Shown here: piece by piece, positions 60,321 through 64,000 of the stretch | How the letters are laid out: every line of letters starts with the position of its first letter | Numbering within the stretch: the first letter of the stretch is position 1 | Assembly: GCA_963760795.1 (NCBI GenBank) | Contig: CAVXEP010000011.1 | Location: 1 to 64,000, forward strand | Origin: an uncultured delta proteobacterium | Lineage (GTDB): Bacteria > Desulfobacterota > Binatia > UBA9968 | DNA length: 64,000 bases | Direction of reading: 5' to 3' | Program-made: the position numbers and the translations under genes | Notes under the pieces: generated by a model | What the model saw: the letters and a program-made list of their open reading frames with translations, nothing else | The model's database searches: none | What the model was told of the DNA's origin: nothing

Positions 60321-60515
60321 CAACACGAAGGTCCCAGCTCGGAGAAGAGAATTAACCACAAAGGGCACAAGGGTCACATAGAAAGAAGATTCGGATTCGG
60401 AGGGTTACCGCAAAGCGCGCAAAAAAGAATTTGGATATACAAGGGGCGGGTTTGAATTTGTTTCGAGTTTCGTGCTTCGAATTTCGGATTTATTTCGCCG
60501 GCTGCTTGGCGCGAG
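60321..60515 (+). repeat. Composite intergenic element with four TCGGA-like linkers
   Basis: CACGAAG, CTCGGA, AACCACAAAG arm, TTCGGATTCGGA, ACCGCAAAG, TTTGGA, truncated REP, TTCG-heptamer arm. Confidence 0.78.
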
Positions 60516-60560
60516 AAACTCCCATGAGGTCGTTGTGTTCTAGATTCACGACGCAAGCGT

Positions 60561-61556
60561 TTAATCGACTTTATAGCCCAGCTCTTTCGCTACTTCTCTG
60601 GCGATGCGCGCGTCGGCGACCTCGTCGAAAGCGATTTTCCTGCCGCTGAACTGCCCCAACAGCTGCAGCGATTTAACGATCTGCTCGATCCCCTCGCGGC
60701 TCGGCACGCCATTGCCGCTGACGGTTTTCTGGTAATCGGCATAGGTATCTTCGGCGGTTTCGCGATTCACTTTGAGATAACGGATCATCAGGTCGATGCC
60801 TCTTTCTTTCGACTGCAACAGATTGCGCTTGGCGAGTTGCATCGCGCGCATCAGGCGGCGCATTTCGGCGGGGCGATTCTGAATCGTCGAAACTAAAGTG
60901 GTCAGGCCGCCGAGCGGCATCTTGACGTGGGCGCCGATGTCGAGAAGATCGCGAAAGCCTTTTTTCTTGGCGTAGTAAAGCAGCGGCGGATTGAGCAGCG
61001 CCGCATCGATGCTGCCGCTTTCGAGGGCGCTCATTAAATTTGCATTGCCAACACCGAGAATGACGAAGTCCTTGGGGTTTTCACCGGCCGCTTCCAGACC
61101 GACGCGCAAAGATACTTCGGTGGTATCGCCTAAGCCACCGACGCCGAGGCGTTTGGACCGCAACTCCCTCAGTGTCTTGATCTCTGGCCGGGCGATGAGC
61201 GAATAGATCAGTTGGTCGGAAGCGAACCAGACCGCGCGCGACGCCATGCCGCGCAGCGTCGCCGCCACTGAATTGGGACCGACGCCCGCGAAATAGTGAA
61301 TTTCACCGGCGATCATGGCGGCGTTGGCCACCTGCGGGCGCATCTGGATGATCTCGACATCCAAGCCGGTTTCTTCGAAGGTTTTCCATTGCTGCGCGGC
61401 AAACAAATGCAGGCAACAAATCGACGGGCTGGGAATCGCGATGCGAATTTTTGGCTTTTCTTGCGCCAAGCCAGCTGGGGCCGCCATCGTCAAGAAAGCC
61501 AATCCATACGTCAACGTCAGCCACGCCAAGCGTCGCCAACTTCTAATCTGCGCCAT
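60561..61556 (-). CDS. ABC substrate-binding protein, NMT1/SsuA family
   Basis: Signal peptide, FEETGLDVEII, ELRSKRLGV, ALESGSIDAALL. Confidence 0.87.
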   Translation of the reverse strand: MAQIRSWRRLAWLTLTYGLAFLTMAAPAGLAQEKPKIRIAIPSPSICCLHLFAAQQWKTFEETGLDVEIIQMRPQVANAAMIAGEIHYFAGVGPNSVAATLRGMASRAVWFASDQLIYSLIARPEIKTLRELRSKRLGVGGLGDTTEVSLRVGLEAAGENPKDFVILGVGNANLMSALESGSIDAALLNPPLLYYAKKKGFRDLLDIGAHVKMPLGGLTTLVSTIQNRPAEMRRLMRAMQLAKRNLLQSKERGIDLMIRYLKVNRETAEDTYADYQKTVSGNGVPSREGIEQIVKSLQLLGQFSGRKIAFDEVADARIAREVAKELGYKVD

Positions 61557-61598
61557 TGTGATCACCTCGTAAACTTTCCACAGGCGATGCGGACTGCT

Positions 61599-62020
61599 TC
61601 AGATGTCTAGTAAACTTTTCGCGTTGCCTGCTAAACATTTGCTTCTCGGTTGCCAAAAAGGACAACGTTTCGATTGTGTCGACGCACTGCCGGTCGCCGA
61701 GAACGTAGGCAAAGTCGTTGCCGAGCAGCAGGTGCTCGGCGCCGACTTTGCGGCGCAGAAAATCGAGCGTCCCGGCGTAGTAAACCAAAGTATTGAAATA
61801 AAGAGTTTTGAGATATGCGCACGGAGCGCGGCGCGTTGAGCCGGCCGGCCCAACGCGTGGCTTGTTGCCCGGTGATAAACTCACGGTCGAAGCGGCTCAT
61901 GTGATAGGGGAAGAATCCGCCGCCACGGCAGGTGCACAGTTTTAAATTAGTAAAGCGATCGAAGACGCCGCTGTAAATTAGCATCCCAAGAGAGAGTGTC
62001 GTATCGGCGGGATTGGCGCA
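61599..62020 (-). pseudogene. C-terminal remnant of an amidohydrolase_2 gene
   Basis: MLIYSGVFDRFTNLKL...GGGFFPY, then in another frame YLKTLYFNTLVY...LLLGNDFAY; His and Asp/Pro motif residues decayed. Confidence 0.75.
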
Positions 62021-62153
62021 AACCGGCCGCAGGCCAACGGTTAATGTTTCGGAAAGGAGATTTTGCCACAGACATCATCAGAGCCGAACGTAACGTTTTC
62101 GGTTTCTCGTTGCTTCGATTCAGGACGCATCATGGCCGAGAAGGTCCATTGTC

Positions 62154-63239
62154 TCACGCCGTGAATGCAGATGTGACCGTTTGATGGCCGCCGTTGTCGC
62201 TGAACTCTTCTTCGTAGTAGAGGCCGAGAGCGTTGAGCACGGGGGCGTCTTGGATCGAGAACAGCACCGCGTCGGCTTTCGCCGAGCTATTGACATGTTC
62301 ATGCATCGACCAGGGTGGCAGGGCGATGATGTCGCCTTTGCGCCAGGTGAAGCTTATGCCGTCGATAATCGTCTGGCCTTGACCTTGGACCACATGGTAG
62401 ACCGCGCTGCCGGTATGGCGGTGCGCTTGGGTATGTTCATTGGGGCGCAGCAGCTGGATGCGGCAAGCCATGGTCGGCAGCACCGGGCCGCCGGTCTGCG
62501 GGTGCCGATAATCCAGTGAAATGCCGTCGAAGGCGCTGCCGATCTGACCGCGTAAGGCGTCCAGCGCTTTCCAGGTTTGTTCCCAGGAGTAGAGCAGCAG
62601 CGGTGAGGCGTTAGTCTTCTCTTTAATCCAGGTCGGATTGAGTTGGCCGGTGCCGTACATGGCTTGGGAAGTATGCGCGGGCCGCGATGCCGGCACTTGA
62701 GTCTGGCTGTAAAACTGAAAAAACATCGCTTCCAGCGAGGCGATCAAGGGGATGTCGAGTCCGTCCATCCAAACGATGCGGTCTTTGGTTTCGTTGCCAT
62801 GGTCGTGCCAGGACCAGCTTGGCGTCAGAATCAAATCGCCCGGCTCCATGTAGACGCGCTCGCCGTCGACGGCGGTGTAGGCGCCGCTGCCTTCGACGAT
62901 GAAGCGGATCGCCGTCGGCGTGTGGCGGTGCGCGCGCGCGACTTCCCCGGGGAGCAGCACTTGCACCGCGGCGATTAAGTTATTCGTCGTCGCCCAACGG
63001 CCGTTGAGTCCAGGATTAAATAGCTGCAAGGCGCGCCGCTCGTCGCCCACCGGCACCGCTTGAGTGGATTCGCTGACGAGCGGCTCCAAGGTCGACCAAG
63101 GCCAGATATGGGCGACCATTTTAGGCTGCGGCTGTGGCGTCATCTGACTGGCGAGCTCCCACAGACCGTACATGTTGTTGGCGTGCATGCGCTGGTGAAA
63201 GGCTTCGCGGGCGGCATCGGATGGCTTTTCGGCTTTCAT
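62154..63239 (-). CDS. gtdA: Gentisate 1,2-dioxygenase-like bicupin
   Basis: ERRALQLFNPG, AHRHTPTAIRFI, WHDHGN, WMDGLDIP, AHRHTGSAVYHV. Confidence 0.85.
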   Translation of the reverse strand: MKAEKPSDAAREAFHQRMHANNMYGLWELASQMTPQPQPKMVAHIWPWSTLEPLVSESTQAVPVGDERRALQLFNPGLNGRWATTNNLIAAVQVLLPGEVARAHRHTPTAIRFIVEGSGAYTAVDGERVYMEPGDLILTPSWSWHDHGNETKDRIVWMDGLDIPLIASLEAMFFQFYSQTQVPASRPAHTSQAMYGTGQLNPTWIKEKTNASPLLLYSWEQTWKALDALRGQIGSAFDGISLDYRHPQTGGPVLPTMACRIQLLRPNEHTQAHRHTGSAVYHVVQGQGQTIIDGISFTWRKGDIIALPPWSMHEHVNSSAKADAVLFSIQDAPVLNALGLYYEEEFSDNGGHQTVTSAFTA

Positions 63240-63399
63240 GATCTTCCCTCTCGGTGAAATGTTCCGGCTCGGAACCGACTCTGCTCTCGCGCGTGAGTCA
63301 TCATTATCGAGCTTAAAGAAAACGCTAATACGGTTACCGATGTCGGTCAAGCGATGGAGCTTGCCCATGATTAGAGCGAAGGCTAGGTTCAGCGCCAAT

Positions 63400-63790
63400 G
63401 CCTCAAAGGCAAGCGCATTGGGATCAATTATTCCGGCAGATCGTTGGACTACATCACCTTCAGGGCAGCACGTCGCGACCCAGAAGAAGATCCTAAAGAC
63501 GGAAATGAAATCGCTCGGTTGTTACGCGCGCTGCGCTCGGCGAGCCTGTTTCTTCAGGAACAGCGTGGCTACGCAGTCGGCCTGTTCGAAAAAAACTTGC
63601 GCTTCGATAGTCCCTCCGCCGAAAAGTTTAATAGCCGTTGCGCGACCGATATAACCCCGAGCTAACCTTGCCCGACGGGATCGAAGATTTCCTTGTGGTG
63701 GGGACTTTTGGTTCGAAGGAAAAGGAGAAAGCGGCGGCCAATCTACCAACCGTGAGGGAGTGGAGTTTCGCCGAAAGAGCGCAGGGCTAT
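63400..63790 (+). pseudogene. Fragment of an ABC substrate-binding protein gene
   Basis: ARLLRALRSASLFLQEQRGYAVGLFEKNL; RYNPELTLPD...LPTVREWSFAERA in a shifted frame. Confidence 0.55.
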
Positions 63791-64000
63791 AAATTTTTGC
63801 GGTTGGTGCGGTTGTTGGGATTTGTCGAGTTTGTTCTCGCCGCTCCGGTTGTTCCGCATGACGGCATTGAGCAATATTGTGCACATAATGGAAGTTGTCA
63901 GTTTATGATCCTTCGAACCGGCAGTTCAATTCCGTTCACCGACTGCTATTCCCTGCGCTCTTTGTGAAGCTATTCGCAGTCAGTTGTTGTAAAAAGCGCA

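Overview
GC-rich bacterial window; the many stand-alone ABC substrate-binding proteins, Rieske oxygenases and amidohydrolases suggest a Deltaproteobacteria/Binatota-like organism (inference only). Contents from left to right: partial malQ; a selenocysteine operon selA-[IS4]-selB-selD in which SelD is itself a selenoprotein (in-frame TGA plus SECIS-like hairpin); three tandem Rieske oxygenase + binding-protein pairs sharing one permease; housekeeping and stress genes (AzlCD, MFS, stand-alone carboxyltransferase, Fpg/Nei, YbaL, GST, TrmJ, UvrD-like helicase, OtsAB); and an aromatic-catabolism region (aryl-CoA ligase, FAD hydroxylase, SDR, amidohydrolases, TPP enzymes, gentisate dioxygenase). About ten genes carry single-base frameshifts that look like sequencing errors. 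The most unusual signal is non-coding: over 20 intergenic gaps hold short inverted-repeat 'arms' from several unrelated families. These are nested in a recurring order and joined by a shared TTCGGA/TCCGAA linker, with apparently empty cores, mismatched arm pairs, a MITE and the IS4 lying at these linkers. No rRNA, tRNA or CRISPR array was recognised.
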